A stretch of 64,000 nt of DNA from Chloropicon primus (Eukaryota): the NCBI GenBank assembly GCA_023205875.1, contig CP060755.1, forward strand, positions 1,178,001-1,242,000, given 5' to 3'. The position numbers and the translations under genes were made by a program. A model generated the notes under the pieces. That model did no database searches, was not told the origin of the DNA, and worked only from the letters and a program-made list of their open reading frames with translations. Shown one piece after another: positions 32,607-43,342 of the stretch (within the stretch, counting starts at the first letter, position 1; every line of letters begins with the position of its first letter).

Positions 32607-33782
32607 TTACGCCCTCCTCCTCGCTTGCTCTTCTGTGATGAACTTTTTCGAACCCGTTTTCAGGATGCTTGTGCTCTGTGTATCCTCGGACATATCCTCC
32701 GACATTGATGTGCTTGGCTCCCACGATGGCCCCGTGTTATCGCGAACGTCTTCCCCAGAAGATTCGTTTGCTTGGCCCCGGACCTCTTCGTCAGCACCGC
32801 CGAGGTCGACATTTGTCAACCCAGACGTCTCGGTCTCGTCCACTTCGCCCGCGGCATCATTCTCCGGCGCCGGAGCACCCTCCCCCTTCTCCCCGCCCTC
32901 GAGACCGTCCTCGGTCTCCTCCGTCCGCTCCAGGGAGAAGCCCCCTAAGAGGAATGCGCTGAGAACTACGACGATCAAGCCGAGGAGCAGAACATTCATG
33001 GCTACTGTCAACGCGCAAGAGAGGGCCACGAAAGACGTTATCGGATAGTGGTACAAAAAGTGTTGCAGCAGGTTGAGCTTCACCAAGATGTGGGCCTCGG
33101 CCTGGTATATCTCGGGGGGGTCCCTGTCCTTCTGCGAGAGGATGGTCACCCTGAGCTGCGACACTTCGGTCGGTCCGACGTTTGTTATCTTCCCTTGCTC
33201 GAACTTGTCGACGACAGGAAAGTAGAGGGTCTCCTCCCCGTCCTGCAGAAAACCGAGCAGGTAGAGTGGGGCAAACACCGCGAGCTTTACGTGCCGAAGG
33301 AGGTAATTTTGCCTCTTCATCATGCACGTCTTCCTCGAGGAGAATACGCTCGAGGAGTTCAGAGCCAGGAGGTCCACCTGAACTTGAAACAGGGCCTCGT
33401 TCTTCACCGAGTAAGGCAACGAAAGCTTCAGCCACACATCGAAGTAGCTCCCTTCCCGCACCAGGAGGCCCGACGAGTCCTCCGGCTCGTGCAAGAGCTG
33501 CCCGCTCGTCAGAAACTTCTCCTCCAGCATGGGGACGTACGCCACAGGCTGAACCGCTTGGTAATCCGGGTGGAACTCCCTCTGATACGCGATGTCTTTG
33601 GGAAGCACGTAGTGCCTCACCCCCAAGTTCAGTGCGCACGAGAAGAGGAATATCTGCCCCTGTATGACCAGAGCGGCGGTGACGAAGAGTAGGGCGCTCT
33701 GCCACACCGGCGTCCCCTCATTCTCCCCCTCTCTCTCCTCCTCCGCCTCCCAACTCGTCCCTTCCTCCTCGTACTCCTCCAT
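32607..33782 (-). CDS. Seipin (ER lipid-droplet biogenesis protein)
   Basis: Two TM segments flank a luminal beta domain (YFDVWLKLSLPYS.KN..LFQV; PPEIYQAE..I...L..LQHFLYHYPITSF). Acidic disordered tail. Confidence 0.85.
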   Translation of the reverse strand: MEEYEEEGTSWEAEEEREGENEGTPVWQSALLFVTAALVIQGQIFLFSCALNLGVRHYVLPKDIAYQREFHPDYQAVQPVAYVPMLEEKFLTSGQLLHEPEDSSGLLVREGSYFDVWLKLSLPYSVKNEALFQVQVDLLALNSSSVFSSRKTCMMKRQNYLLRHVKLAVFAPLYLLGFLQDGEETLYFPVVDKFEQGKITNVGPTEVSQLRVTILSQKDRDPPEIYQAEAHILVKLNLLQHFLYHYPITSFVALSCALTVAMNVLLLGLIVVVLSAFLLGGFSLERTEETEDGLEGGEKGEGAPAPENDAAGEVDETETSGLTNVDLGGADEEVRGQANESSGEDVRDNTGPSWEPSTSMSEDMSEDTQSTSILKTGSKKFITEEQARRRA

Positions 33783-33861
33783 GACTCCGGCAAGAACATG
33801 AAGAGCAGGAGATTCGCCCCTCGGCTGTCGCTGGAGCCGTGGGTGCGTGCTCGAGTCGAGG

Positions 33862-34407
33862 ATGCAGGCGAGGACGGTGGGACGAGGGGGGGTGAGGGGG
33901 GAGGGGAGGAGGGCGAGGGGAGGAGGAACGCCGTCGTCGTGCTCTTGCTCTCGTGTCAACGGGAGGGGGCCTCGGCCTGCGATTGCGGGAGGAAGGTCGG
34001 GGAGGGGGGGGAAGAAGTCATCGCCACTCAGGCTCTTCGCTGCGTCGAACGAGCCGGAGGTTCCGACGACGGAAGACGGAGCGAGCGGTCCGGGCCTGAT
34101 CAAAGCTCTGCTTAACGCCCAACCACTGGCGGAGCGGTATTTCGAGAGGAAGTGGTGGAGGAAGCCGATGTGGTACTTCATCATCTTTGGGTTTGCCTAT
34201 TTTGCCGCGAACACCATCTCCCTGTCCTTCGGCGCCAAGGCGGTGAACGACGTGGTCGCGTCGGTCCTCGTGGTCATCTTCTACGAAGCGTCTTCGAGGG
34301 TTGTGTACAAGGCGAAGAAGAGGACCGTCTGGCACTGGCTCCTGCACTATTTCAAGCTTGGAACGGTCGTGGGCTTCCTGATGGACTCTTACAAGCTCGG
34401 AGGCTGA
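33862..34407 (+). CDS. Ycf20-like (DUF565) plastid membrane protein
   Basis: Transit-peptide-like N-terminus, three hydrophobic segments, and C-terminal FKLG...GFLMDSYKLGG resembling the Ycf20 ending K.G...GLF.DAFKLGS. Confidence 0.8.
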   Translation: MQARTVGRGGVRGEGRRARGGGTPSSCSCSRVNGRGPRPAIAGGRSGRGGKKSSPLRLFAASNEPEVPTTEDGASGPGLIKALLNAQPLAERYFERKWWRKPMWYFIIFGFAYFAANTISLSFGAKAVNDVVASVLVVIFYEASSRVVYKAKKRTVWHWLLHYFKLGTVVGFLMDSYKLGG

Positions 34408-34772
34408 GAGGAAAGCGGCTCACGAAAGGGGGAGCTGCTGTTTTTGATCCACCACGAAGAGTGGTGGCTGATTGTGTGTATTACTTTTGTACCAAAACAC
34501 CCGAAAGGTTGTGACGCCTCTCAAGTCGTCGTGGGGCCGGCTGCGATCGCTCTTCTCGGATGCGCGCGCGCCTCTCTGTGCCATAGTGATATCCCCGCAA
34601 CGCCGTGCTGTTTCAGAAAGACTTTCTCGGCGGGATGGGAAGGGCAAGCCCAAGCCTCTTTGAGGCTGTGTGGAGCTCCCTTTCCAAAAAAGGCATTGTG
34701 CATCAAATGAATAAATAACTTAGAGGAGATAGAAAGAGGTCTAGTTTCTTCGGCGAAGGTTTCTGTCCTTGA

Positions 34773-36581
34773 TCAGATGAAGAACTGCAGCTGGTCCGCT
34801 CCCTTGTCATCGGGCTCACCTTTAACTGGTCCTTCAAACGCCGAAGCAAAAAAGTCTTTGCCCCCCTTCCCTGATGAATCGTATGGCCCTTGCTCCTCGA
34901 CCAGAAATGCGCATGCGGGGTCAGTCCTGGCGCGAGGGCTCTCCATCGCTGGAACATGCAGCTTCGGAATTAGATAATCATCTATCCCTTGCTCAACCAT
35001 GAACTTCCCCCTGTTGCCGAGCATCGGGCTCCTGATGGTTTTCCTCTCCTTCTGTTTCGTGGCCTGCCTCGACCCCCTCTTCCTCTTGCAGGACGACGTG
35101 CTGCTCTTGTCTGACACGGAGGATGTCGAACTGCTGTGGCTTGCTCCGCTCGCAATGAGAGCGGCCATCTCGTTGTCGTACTCGGAGATGTCGAAGTTCG
35201 TCACAGCGTTGAAGCCATGGTTCCTGATGGAGGTACGGTCGTAAGCCCGAGCTGCCTCCTCCTCAGAGTCAAATGTACCCAAGTAAATGTACTTTCTCTT
35301 GCCGAGGGCGGCGCTTCTCGCCTCCCACCTTCCGTTCTGGCTCCTTCTGGTCACGCCCCGGAACCGCGACGTTCCTCGAGCAAACCCACAGCTCTTCCTC
35401 CTGAGCGCGGACACGAGCTCGTCCTTGCTGGCGCATCGAATGTCCTCCACGATGTGTGTGTACGTCTCCAGCGGGAAGTTCAGCGCCTTCTCCGTCAGAT
35501 TCTTCTTCTTGCACTTCACGGCCACGAGGTCGTAAGCCCTGGCCGCCGCGGTGGAGGAGGAGAACCCCCCGAGGTAAACCTGCTTCCCCTGGTCCCAGAT
35601 GTGAGCCTCCCACCTCCCGGTGCACCTGTGCTTGGTCACCCCCTTAAACTTGTGCCCGCCGTACCTCAGGACCGTGGTGTTGCTCTTGTCCTCCGATTTC
35701 CCGCCGGAGGCATCGGCGTCGCCGTGGCTCTCGGACCTGCTGGTGCCCGCTGCGGCCACCCCGGCTCCGCCAGGCGGGCACTTCTCCTCGACCACGAAGC
35801 TCTTGATGATCCTCTCCAACCGCATGATCACCTCCCTCCTCCCCCGGCCCCCCGGCTGCCCGAACGTCTCGGACGACTTTGCCATGTTGTCGGGCGCCGC
35901 GCAGGTCGTGTGGGTCAGGGAAGTCTGGTAGCTCGCCGTGTCCGCGTTGAGATCGTGGAACCTCTTCACGGAGCTGTCCGAGTTCGCGGGCTTGTGGGCC
36001 AGGGCCTTGTCCGCGTCCAACGTCCCCAGCGTCGTGACGAACCTGTCGTGCAAGTGGCTTGACCACGGCATCTGGATCACCTGCGTCGTGGACGCGAAGG
36101 TCACCACGCGGTCCTTGGGCCGGGATATGACCTTAGCCACGTCTACCCTGCAGCCGTCGCTCAGCGGCGGCGGCGCCGAGTAAAAGTCGAGCTGATCGGG
36201 GCAAGGGAGCAAGGGGGGGGCGTTGTGCTGCCTCCCGTGAGCATGAAGGGCTTCCTCCTCCTGGGGCGGCGGGAAAGAGGGGAGGAGGTCGAAGAGCTTG
36301 AACCCGTCTCCATTGACCTCCCTCTCGCCGAAGCAGCCCTGATCGCCGTTCCCCTCGGCGTCGTCGTCGCCGCCGTCCAGGCGCTTGGCGGCCAGGAGGC
36401 TGTCGTCCCACGCAGAATGCTGGTGCAGGCCCTCCCCGATCTTGCCAAAGTCGGGGCTGGGGAGGTCATTCAGCAGCTCCTGCGTCAGGAGACCGATCAG
36501 CGGATCCTCCTCCTCCTCGTCGCCAGCCTCCCGCCGCAAACCCAGGGCGGTTTGGTCGTCGAAGCACGTCTCCTGCATCAT
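34773..36581 (-). CDS. Double-AP2-domain transcription factor (AP2 subfamily, ANT/WRI-like)
   Basis: AP2-1 (FKGVTKHRCTGRWEAHIWD.GKQVYLGGF...AARAYD), conserved linker (ELVSALRRKSCGFARGTSRFRGVT) and AP2-2 (GRWEAR...YIYLGTFDSEEEAARAYD...AVTNFDISEY). Confidence 0.95.
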   Translation of the reverse strand: MMQETCFDDQTALGLRREAGDEEEEDPLIGLLTQELLNDLPSPDFGKIGEGLHQHSAWDDSLLAAKRLDGGDDDAEGNGDQGCFGEREVNGDGFKLFDLLPSFPPPQEEEALHAHGRQHNAPPLLPCPDQLDFYSAPPPLSDGCRVDVAKVISRPKDRVVTFASTTQVIQMPWSSHLHDRFVTTLGTLDADKALAHKPANSDSSVKRFHDLNADTASYQTSLTHTTCAAPDNMAKSSETFGQPGGRGRREVIMRLERIIKSFVVEEKCPPGGAGVAAAGTSRSESHGDADASGGKSEDKSNTTVLRYGGHKFKGVTKHRCTGRWEAHIWDQGKQVYLGGFSSSTAAARAYDLVAVKCKKKNLTEKALNFPLETYTHIVEDIRCASKDELVSALRRKSCGFARGTSRFRGVTRRSQNGRWEARSAALGKRKYIYLGTFDSEEEAARAYDRTSIRNHGFNAVTNFDISEYDNEMAALIASGASHSSSTSSVSDKSSTSSCKRKRGSRQATKQKERKTIRSPMLGNRGKFMVEQGIDDYLIPKLHVPAMESPRARTDPACAFLVEEQGPYDSSGKGGKDFFASAFEGPVKGEPDDKGADQLQFFI

Positions 36582-37232
36582 CTTCTTGCGAGGACGATGA
36601 CGGCGAACCTGATCCGGCGCTCAAGATGGAGACGAGCTCCTGCCGACCCGCATCAATGCGCCCATCTCCCCGTCTTTCGACTCTACGAGGAGCTCCGCAG
36701 ATCATGGCCGTCAAGCCCGAAGCCGTTACTTTCTGAATCCCCCTGGAAAATGCCGGAAGCAAAAATCGAGAAGAGGGGAAAAGGAAAATTTCATTTGCCC
36801 CGACGAATGAATGATGAATTGAGGCGAGCGAGGAGGCGGGCAGGGGCCGCCGCGCTCTCGCGTCATGCCAAGCAGCATCAGCAGTCTCGTCCCTTGGCCT
36901 TTGCGAATTCCCTTCTCCCCCCTGCTCGAGTCGCAGGAGAAGAAGAACGCGCGATTCAAGGAGCTCAGCTTCGCATTGAGGAGGAGGAGGAGGAGGAGGA
37001 GGAATGGGTGTGGATGATAATGATACGGATGGATCTTGGTGGGTCCCTCTCTTTCTTTCCTTTTTTATTATCGTACAAAGTTGGTCGTGCTTTAACGCAG
37101 CGCCGTCGCCAGCCGTCGCCGCCGCCGTCGTCGTGAGTCTACCTCCTTTTCTCTTTCCTCCCACTCCTCCGTTCTCCTTCTCCAACCCCGTCGCTGTCCT
37201 CTCCGCTGCCCTCTTCGCCAAGTTCCACGACA

Positions 37233-38399
37233 CTACCAGTCCCCGTTGTGGAACTTGGTGCGGTGGAAGTCGTTGTCCGCGAGGGCGTACACGGTGGGCA
37301 GCCCGGGGATCACGCAGTCCTCGCGGCCGAGCACGGACGCCAGCGTCGCCTTCCCCGCGTCGATCCTCTGGAAGGCCTCCTTCTTCCAAGTCCTCTCCTG
37401 CTCCCCGACGTGCCCCCCGTCGAGCCACTCGAGGAGGAGGTTCTGGGGCATGACCTTGCCGTAGCTCGAGCTGTAGTACAGGGTGACGCTCCCCCGGGTG
37501 TACTCGCCCCTCTCGTCCCAGGGGAGGGCGGACGCGTCCTCCTGGAACATCATGTCCAAGAACGGCTCGAAGGTGGAGTCCTCGGGGAAGTCCTCGATGA
37601 ACTCGATTTGGCCGGACTCCGGGTAGACCATGATGACCGGCCAGTGCATCACCCCGCCCTCGTCCAGGTAGGGCTTGTTCTGGATGTCCGGGAAGCTCGG
37701 GAGGCCGACCTTGACCTCCCTCTGCCTGAGGAGGATGGCGAACTGGACGGCCGTCCCGAGGGAGGCGTCCGCCTGCTGCGTCTCCAGCTTCCTCTCCTCG
37801 TCCACGTCCCTCGCCACCCGGTCCACCTGCTTCATCAGGTCGAGGTACTCCCTGTCCCCCTTGGCGTGGGTCAGGCCCCTCTTGCCGAGGTCCGCGGCCT
37901 TCTCCGCCTCCTTGAGCTCCAAGGCCGCCCTCACCCCGCGGAAGTAGGCCTTCAGGTTCGCGCCGTCCAGCCTGACGGCCTCCTCCGCGTCGTTCAGGGC
38001 GCTCCTGTAGTTCGTCAGCGTCAGGTTCATCTGCGCCCTGTTGTTGAAGCAGGTGCTGAGGAAGGCGTCCGGGGTCTCCTCGTCGAGCTGGCCCTTGGAT
38101 ATCGCCCTCGTGTAGAGCTCGACCGCCTCCCTGTAGTATCTGCGCTTCATGTGGGCGTACGCGGCCTTCCTCGCCATCCTCACCTTGTCGTTGCCCTGCT
38201 TCTTCCACGCCTCGGCCTCCTCGAACGGCGTGAACTCGTCCATGGCAGCCTGCATGGCGATGAAGTCGGGGTGGTTCTCGTAGTCCACCGGGTTCTCCGC
38301 GCCCCAGAAAAGGGACGACTCCGCGTTCGTCGCCGCGGTGTCGCCGCCCTCGCCCCCCGGGGGCAGATCCGGGCCCATAGTCTCCTCCTCGTTGCCCAT
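37233..38399 (-). CDS. TTC4: TPR co-chaperone TTC4/Cns1
   Basis: AEAWKKQGND, NNRAQ..L.L.NY.SALND and NLKAYFR TPR motifs. C-terminal wheel-domain motif HWPVIMVYPESGQIEFIEDF.E. Confidence 0.9.
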   Translation of the reverse strand: MGNEEETMGPDLPPGGEGGDTAATNAESSLFWGAENPVDYENHPDFIAMQAAMDEFTPFEEAEAWKKQGNDKVRMARKAAYAHMKRRYYREAVELYTRAISKGQLDEETPDAFLSTCFNNRAQMNLTLTNYRSALNDAEEAVRLDGANLKAYFRGVRAALELKEAEKAADLGKRGLTHAKGDREYLDLMKQVDRVARDVDEERKLETQQADASLGTAVQFAILLRQREVKVGLPSFPDIQNKPYLDEGGVMHWPVIMVYPESGQIEFIEDFPEDSTFEPFLDMMFQEDASALPWDERGEYTRGSVTLYYSSSYGKVMPQNLLLEWLDGGHVGEQERTWKKEAFQRIDAGKATLASVLGREDCVIPGLPTVYALADNDFHRTKFHNGDW

Positions 38400-38627
38400 G
38401 ACGCGCTTCGCCGCCTCCAGCCAGCCCAAGCCTTTCCCTGCAGATCCAGGGGGAAAATGGCTCTCCTCTCGAGAATGAATGAGGGGGGTGAGGAGTGGTG
38501 GGGGACCAAAAGAAAGGAGGGTACTCAAGGTACTCTAACATACTACTAAAAATTTAAAGAGGAAATTGTCGTTCTTCAAACAAGCAACATCTTGTCCACG
38601 GACGCACCAGTCCAGCTGCTCGTATAT

Positions 38628-40014
38628 TTAGTAAGTGTATCCCTTCTCGTACATGCCCTCGCCGGCAGAGGCGGACTCTCCGTCTCCGGTGTACTGACCG
38701 AGCTGAGCCATGCTGTTGGCCTTGGCGCGTCCGATCAAGGCGGTCTGGGCGGCGTCAACATTGGCCTCGTCTCCCTGCCAGGTCTTCAAGACGGTGTTCT
38801 GGAGGGCCCTGGCGTAGGAGAAGGACACGTGCCATGGGTTTGGAGTCTGGTTCATGGCGTTGAGGTTGAGGGTGGACTCGAGCTCGGACTGTCCACCGGA
38901 GAGGAACATGATTCCTGGGACCGCTGGTGGGACTCTCCTGTTCAACATCTTCAAGGTGTACTCGGCGACGGTCTCTGGGGAGCACTTGGTGCCGCTGTCG
39001 GCGCCGGGGGTGACCATGCTTGGCTTGAGGAGGATGCCCTCGAACAGGACGTCCTGGTCGGCCAAGTACTTGAAGGTCTGGGCCCAGGTCCTGCTGGCGA
39101 CCTCGAGGGTGGTGTCGATGTCGTGTTCTCCGTCCAAAAGGATCTCTGGCTCGACGATGGGGACGAGTCCGTTGTCCTGGGCGATGGCGGCGTACCTGGC
39201 GAGCCCGTAGGCGCAGTCCTGGAGGGCCTTGTCGGTTGGTCCGGCGGTGATGTTGACGACGGACCTCCACTTGGCGAAGCGGGCTCCCTGCTTGTAGTAC
39301 TCAGCGCACCTCTCGGCGAGGCCGTCGAGTCCCTGGCACCAGGACTCACCGTTGGAGTTGGCCATTGGGACGAGTCCCTTGTCAACCTTGATGCCGGGGA
39401 CGATGCCCTGATCCTTCAAGCAGTCGACGAAAGGCTTTCCGGCCTTGGAGGACTGGTAGAGGGTCTCCTCGAACATGATCGCTCCGGAGATGTACTCGCC
39501 GAGGCCTGGGGTGGTCACCAGCAACTCCCTGTAGGCGCGTCTGTTGTCCTCGGTGTTCTCGACTCCGATGCTGTCGAGGCGCTTGCCGCAGGTTCCGTTG
39601 GACTCGTCCATGGCGAGGATGCCGCGTCCCTTGGAGGCGATGGTGTTCTGCGCTCGACAACGGAGGCCAGGAGGAGAAAGAGAAAGAGAAAAAAATTGGT
39701 CGTCGTCGTCGTCAGTTCTTCAAGGTCCTCCTCGTGCGTCGTCGTCGTTGTCGTCGTCGTCGACGATCTGGGCCGATCGCGCGAGCGAGTTTCTTGTCGT
39801 CCTCGTCAACGAGGAGGAGAAGAAGGGGGAGGGATCGTCGACGTCCTCATCGTCCTCGACTTACGGCAGTGGCAATGAGCTCCTCGTCGTAAGCTCCGGC
39901 CTTGACAGCGACGGTGCTGCGGCGATTCACGGCCACACGCGCAGCGCGCGCCTGCCTCGCAACCACGCGCTTTCCCATGAAGTTCCTGTTCGCGGCGGAC
40001 ATAGCTGGTGCCAT
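38628..40014 (-). CDS. FBA: Plastid class I fructose-bisphosphate aldolase; exons 40014-39865 and 39647-38628
   Basis: Transit peptide, [50 protein letters not shown] and terminal Tyr. Confidence 0.98.
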
Positions 40015-40736
40015 CCTTGTTCTCGTCTTCGTTCTTGTCGTTCTCGTCTTCGTCTCGGTACTCTAACAGCACACACAGAGGGGCGCTCTCTCTCTCTTGA
40101 AACTGATCCTGTGATCAATCCTCTCTCCTCCTCCTTCTCTTTCCTCCAGCCTCGTCCGTTCGATGATCAGAATCCACACGTTTCCTCCAGCCTCGGCCGT
40201 CCAAATCCGTTCCGAATTATCCAAAGTTCACAAGGGGAAATCTACTGGGGGTCCTGGGGAAAAAAAAAAAAAAAGGTCGGATACATTACACTCAAACATA
40301 CAATACAGACACCGAAACAAACACCAAGGTCCTCCTCCTCTCGTCTCTCTCTCTCTCTCTCGAGGACAGAGCACAAGGGGTTGTGCGGTTTCGGTTTCGG
40401 TTTGTTGTTCGGCTTGCGTTCTTCTCTTTCTTTCTTCTGGGTTGATCTGGGTTCGGTCCGTCCTCCTCCTCGCTTCCTTCTGCTGCTGGCAGGGGCAAGG
40501 GCGCACCACCAGGGGAAGGAGAGGCCGAAGTCTCGTCTCGTCTCTGCTTTTGTGCTTTGTGCTTCTCCGTGGCGTCCAGTTGGTGGCGGAGCCGCGCGCC
40601 GTCCACCGACACTCGAGACTTCCGGGGCAACTCCTCGCTCAGCTTTCCTCCCAACCCCCCTCGAGGAGGTCAGAAGCACACCGTTTTAGGTAAATCATCC
40701 TAAACCTGCTCATCATAGAACACAGATAACAACAAC

Positions 40737-41183
40737 ATGGCGGGACCACCACCTGCTGCTGCTGCGGGGGACAAAAACAGCAGGAGGGCGGGGCGCGGGG
40801 GTGGTGCCGCGGGGAGAAGTCGCCCCGCGTCGTCGTACTCGGTGTGGGACCTGGACAACCTCGACACGGAGGGCCTGCGGCAGCTCCAGGGGGAGCAGCT
40901 GGAGCGGTTCGAGGCGTACCGCCGGTCCGCGATCCCGAAGGCGACGATGAAGAAGCTCCTGCTCGCGGTGACAGGCCAGACCCCGGACGTGAACACGACG
41001 ATCGTGGCGTGCGGCCTGGCCAAGCTCCTGGTCGGGGAGATCGTGGAGGCGGCGAGGAAGGTCGCCGAGGAGAGGGGGGCGGGCGACGCGCCCCTCACGG
41101 TGGGGGACCTCCGCAGGGCCTACACCCTGACGCTCGAGGAGACCCAGCTCCCCCTGGCCAAGAAGAGGCCGAGACTCATGTGA
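40737..41183 (+). CDS. TAF11: TFIID subunit 11 (histone fold)
   Basis: EQLERFEAYRRS....MKKL...TG...IV.CGLAKL.VGEIVEAAR.V...PL....LRRAY. Confidence 0.9.
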   Translation: MAGPPPAAAAGDKNSRRAGRGGGAAGRSRPASSYSVWDLDNLDTEGLRQLQGEQLERFEAYRRSAIPKATMKKLLLAVTGQTPDVNTTIVACGLAKLLVGEIVEAARKVAEERGAGDAPLTVGDLRRAYTLTLEETQLPLAKKRPRLM

Positions 41184-41327
41184 GGAGTGCGCCCGGACTC
41201 TGCGACGACGACGAGGACGACGAGGACGACGCGCACACGTCCTGCAAGGGCGAAAAACGTGTATTACAAAGTTTACAAAGTTGAGAAAACAAAACCCGCC
41301 GACCGCCGCGAAGAGGAAGGCGCGCGC

Positions 41328-41330
<3 letters not shown>

Positions 41331-41360
<30 letters not shown>
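41331..41360. repeat. (GT)15 microsatellite
   Basis: Directly visible. Confidence 0.95.
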
Positions 41361-41363
<3 letters not shown>

Positions 41364-41407
41364 AATCCACTCACTCACTCTTGTGAAGCGACCACACCTT
41401 TCCTCTT

Positions 41408-42256
41408 TCAACTCCTTCCGTTACGTGTGCGGCCCCTTGTACCCCACCTTCTACCAGATCTCGATCCACCACTCGAGTTCTTGGCCTGGGCTTGGGCCTC
41501 ACTCTCCAGCTCACAAAGCAACTCCCGAATACGGGATAAAGGAAGATCACAGGCCCCTCTTCCAGCAGGGGTTTCATTCGCAGCACGCGGTAATAAAGCA
41601 TTCCTGAGGCTCACCTTGCTACAAACAATGAGCTTGAGCTTCCTATATTCATCTCCCACGTAGGCACCAATCACCTCCGTGGGAAGGTGCCTAGATCGAG
41701 TGAGGAGCAGGAGGCTCTGCTGCTTGCAGATATAGTTCTCAAAGGCGCGGACATCCTGACCAGACTCCTGCTGCTCGCACGTCAGAAGCTTCCGAAGAGC
41801 CTTCATGCCCGGGTCACCTGTGCAGACTGACAAGATCTCCTTGCACAGGCCCCTCAGAGGGATGTGGCCTCGAGCCCCTTGTATCTCGCTCTGGGCGTAG
41901 CTCCTCACCCTGCCCTCCAAATCGGCATCAAGGCTCTGATAGCCAAGATCCCCTGGGAGGCAACGATTCCCACCCTCGACACGGGAGGCATAGAAGTAGA
42001 CCTGCTCCATCCAGGCAATCACAGCCTGTCCGGAGGAGCTCTGAACCTCCTCCATGGTGAGGAGGTCAGGCTTACTCATTTTGGGAACCCAGCTCGCGTT
42101 CGACCTGGGATCAGACAGCTTACCCAACTGGTTTACAAGCTGATTCACCAGCTGAGTAATACTCTTCTGGTTCCCTTGTTGCATACGCTGCATCAGATCC
42201 AGAATCGCGGCCATGGTTGGGTCTACAGCCCCAGGCTGGGGAGCAGGAGGCGGCAA
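41408..42256 (-). mobile_element. Retrotransposon Gag-like ORF without pol; truncated, decayed or domesticated
   Basis: N-terminal Q/L-rich helix, PK..KPD motif, W...V..Y capsid-like helix, MHR-like KALRKLL..EQ..GQDVRAF..Y and a basic Gly/Arg tail. The segment looks less GC/CpG-rich than the flanking genes. First in-frame ATG near 42214. Confidence 0.6.
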
Positions 42257-42620
42257 TCCATGTTATAGTGTTCAGACATCAGATCAAAAACAGCACACAG
42301 AAAAAGTCACGAAAGGACGGCAAGATAAACAACTCGACGATCAACAACGCCGACAGGACTCCTTAGAAAACTCTCTTTCTTTTAAGCTCCCTTCTCACTA
42401 TGCCTTCTCAAAGAAACACCTCGTCTCGTCTCGTCTCGTCTCGTCTCTTCGACTTGCCCATGACTTGACAGACAGAGGCGCCACCCATTCCAATAGATTT
42501 GCCTTGTCCAGCAAGTGAGAACACGAGAAAAACGCTTAGTGGGTTGTCCTTTGGGTGTGACCAAACTGGTATACACTGGAACCCCACCAACACTGGAAAA
42601 ACCACCAACAGCAGAAGAGA

Positions 42621-43259
42621 ATGATGCCGGTGCAGGTCGAGACCCACGGTCGGAGAGGTCTCGCGAGGAGGTGGGGCTCTTTGCCCGGGCGCCAGGCGCG
42701 TCGCTCGGGGAGGGAGGCCGCACCACGCGGCCCGGGTCCCCGAGCGGCCCGGGTCTCCGCGTCCTCCCCCTCCTCCTCGAGCGGGAACGGCCGGTCGTCC
42801 TCCAAGAGGGCCATCGCGTTGAGGAGGACCCTGTACTCCCCGGCCCTCGTGGCCTTCGGCTGCTGCGTGCTCAAGGCGGTGTCCTTCGGGTTCAAACCCC
42901 TCGGGGTCCTCATGACGTGCTCCGTCCTGGGCTTCACCGTGCCCTTCGGCCCTCACACGCTGTGGGACACGGTGCCCTGCTGCGCCATCGTGGGCCTGCT
43001 GCTCTACTTCACCTCCAGGATGGAGCTGGACTGGGTGGCCCAGGCCGGCATCCTCGCGGGGGGCCTGGGCACCATCCTCTTCTCCTGGAAGCTCCAGGGC
43101 CCGGTGCCCTCCCTGCCGAGGCGCGTGCCCCAGTACATCCAGGCCCGGCTCGAGCAGCAGTACGAGAGGGAGGACTTCAAGGAGAAGACGTCGTCCCAGT
43201 TCGGGAAGGGGAGGAGCGAGGTCTCCACGCGCAGCAAGCCGAGGGGAGCGGCGCGGTGA
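42621..43259 (+). CDS. Hypothetical membrane protein with probable plastid transit peptide
   Basis: Arg/Ser/Ala-rich N-terminus, three to four hydrophobic segments and strong GC3 bias in this frame. Confidence 0.7.
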   Translation: MMPVQVETHGRRGLARRWGSLPGRQARRSGREAAPRGPGPRAARVSASSPSSSSGNGRSSSKRAIALRRTLYSPALVAFGCCVLKAVSFGFKPLGVLMTCSVLGFTVPFGPHTLWDTVPCCAIVGLLLYFTSRMELDWVAQAGILAGGLGTILFSWKLQGPVPSLPRRVPQYIQARLEQQYEREDFKEKTSSQFGKGRSEVSTRSKPRGAAR

Positions 43260-43342
43260 GAGCTGAGGGCGGGGGACGGGCGAGCAATTCAAAAGTATAT
43301 CAGTTTAAAGTATTACAAAACAATTTTTGGCTTTTTTCCTCT

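Noticed and set aside
36466..38549. 691-aa minus-strand and 433-aa plus-strand ORFs overlapping TTC4
   Set aside because: Alternative-frame and antisense artefacts of very high GC3, with Gly/Arg/Pro-rich or Val/Leu-rich low-information translations.
42257..42560. LTR and primer-binding site for the Gag-like ORF
   Set aside because: No matching second LTR, and the TGG-starting candidates did not match a tRNA 3' end I could verify.
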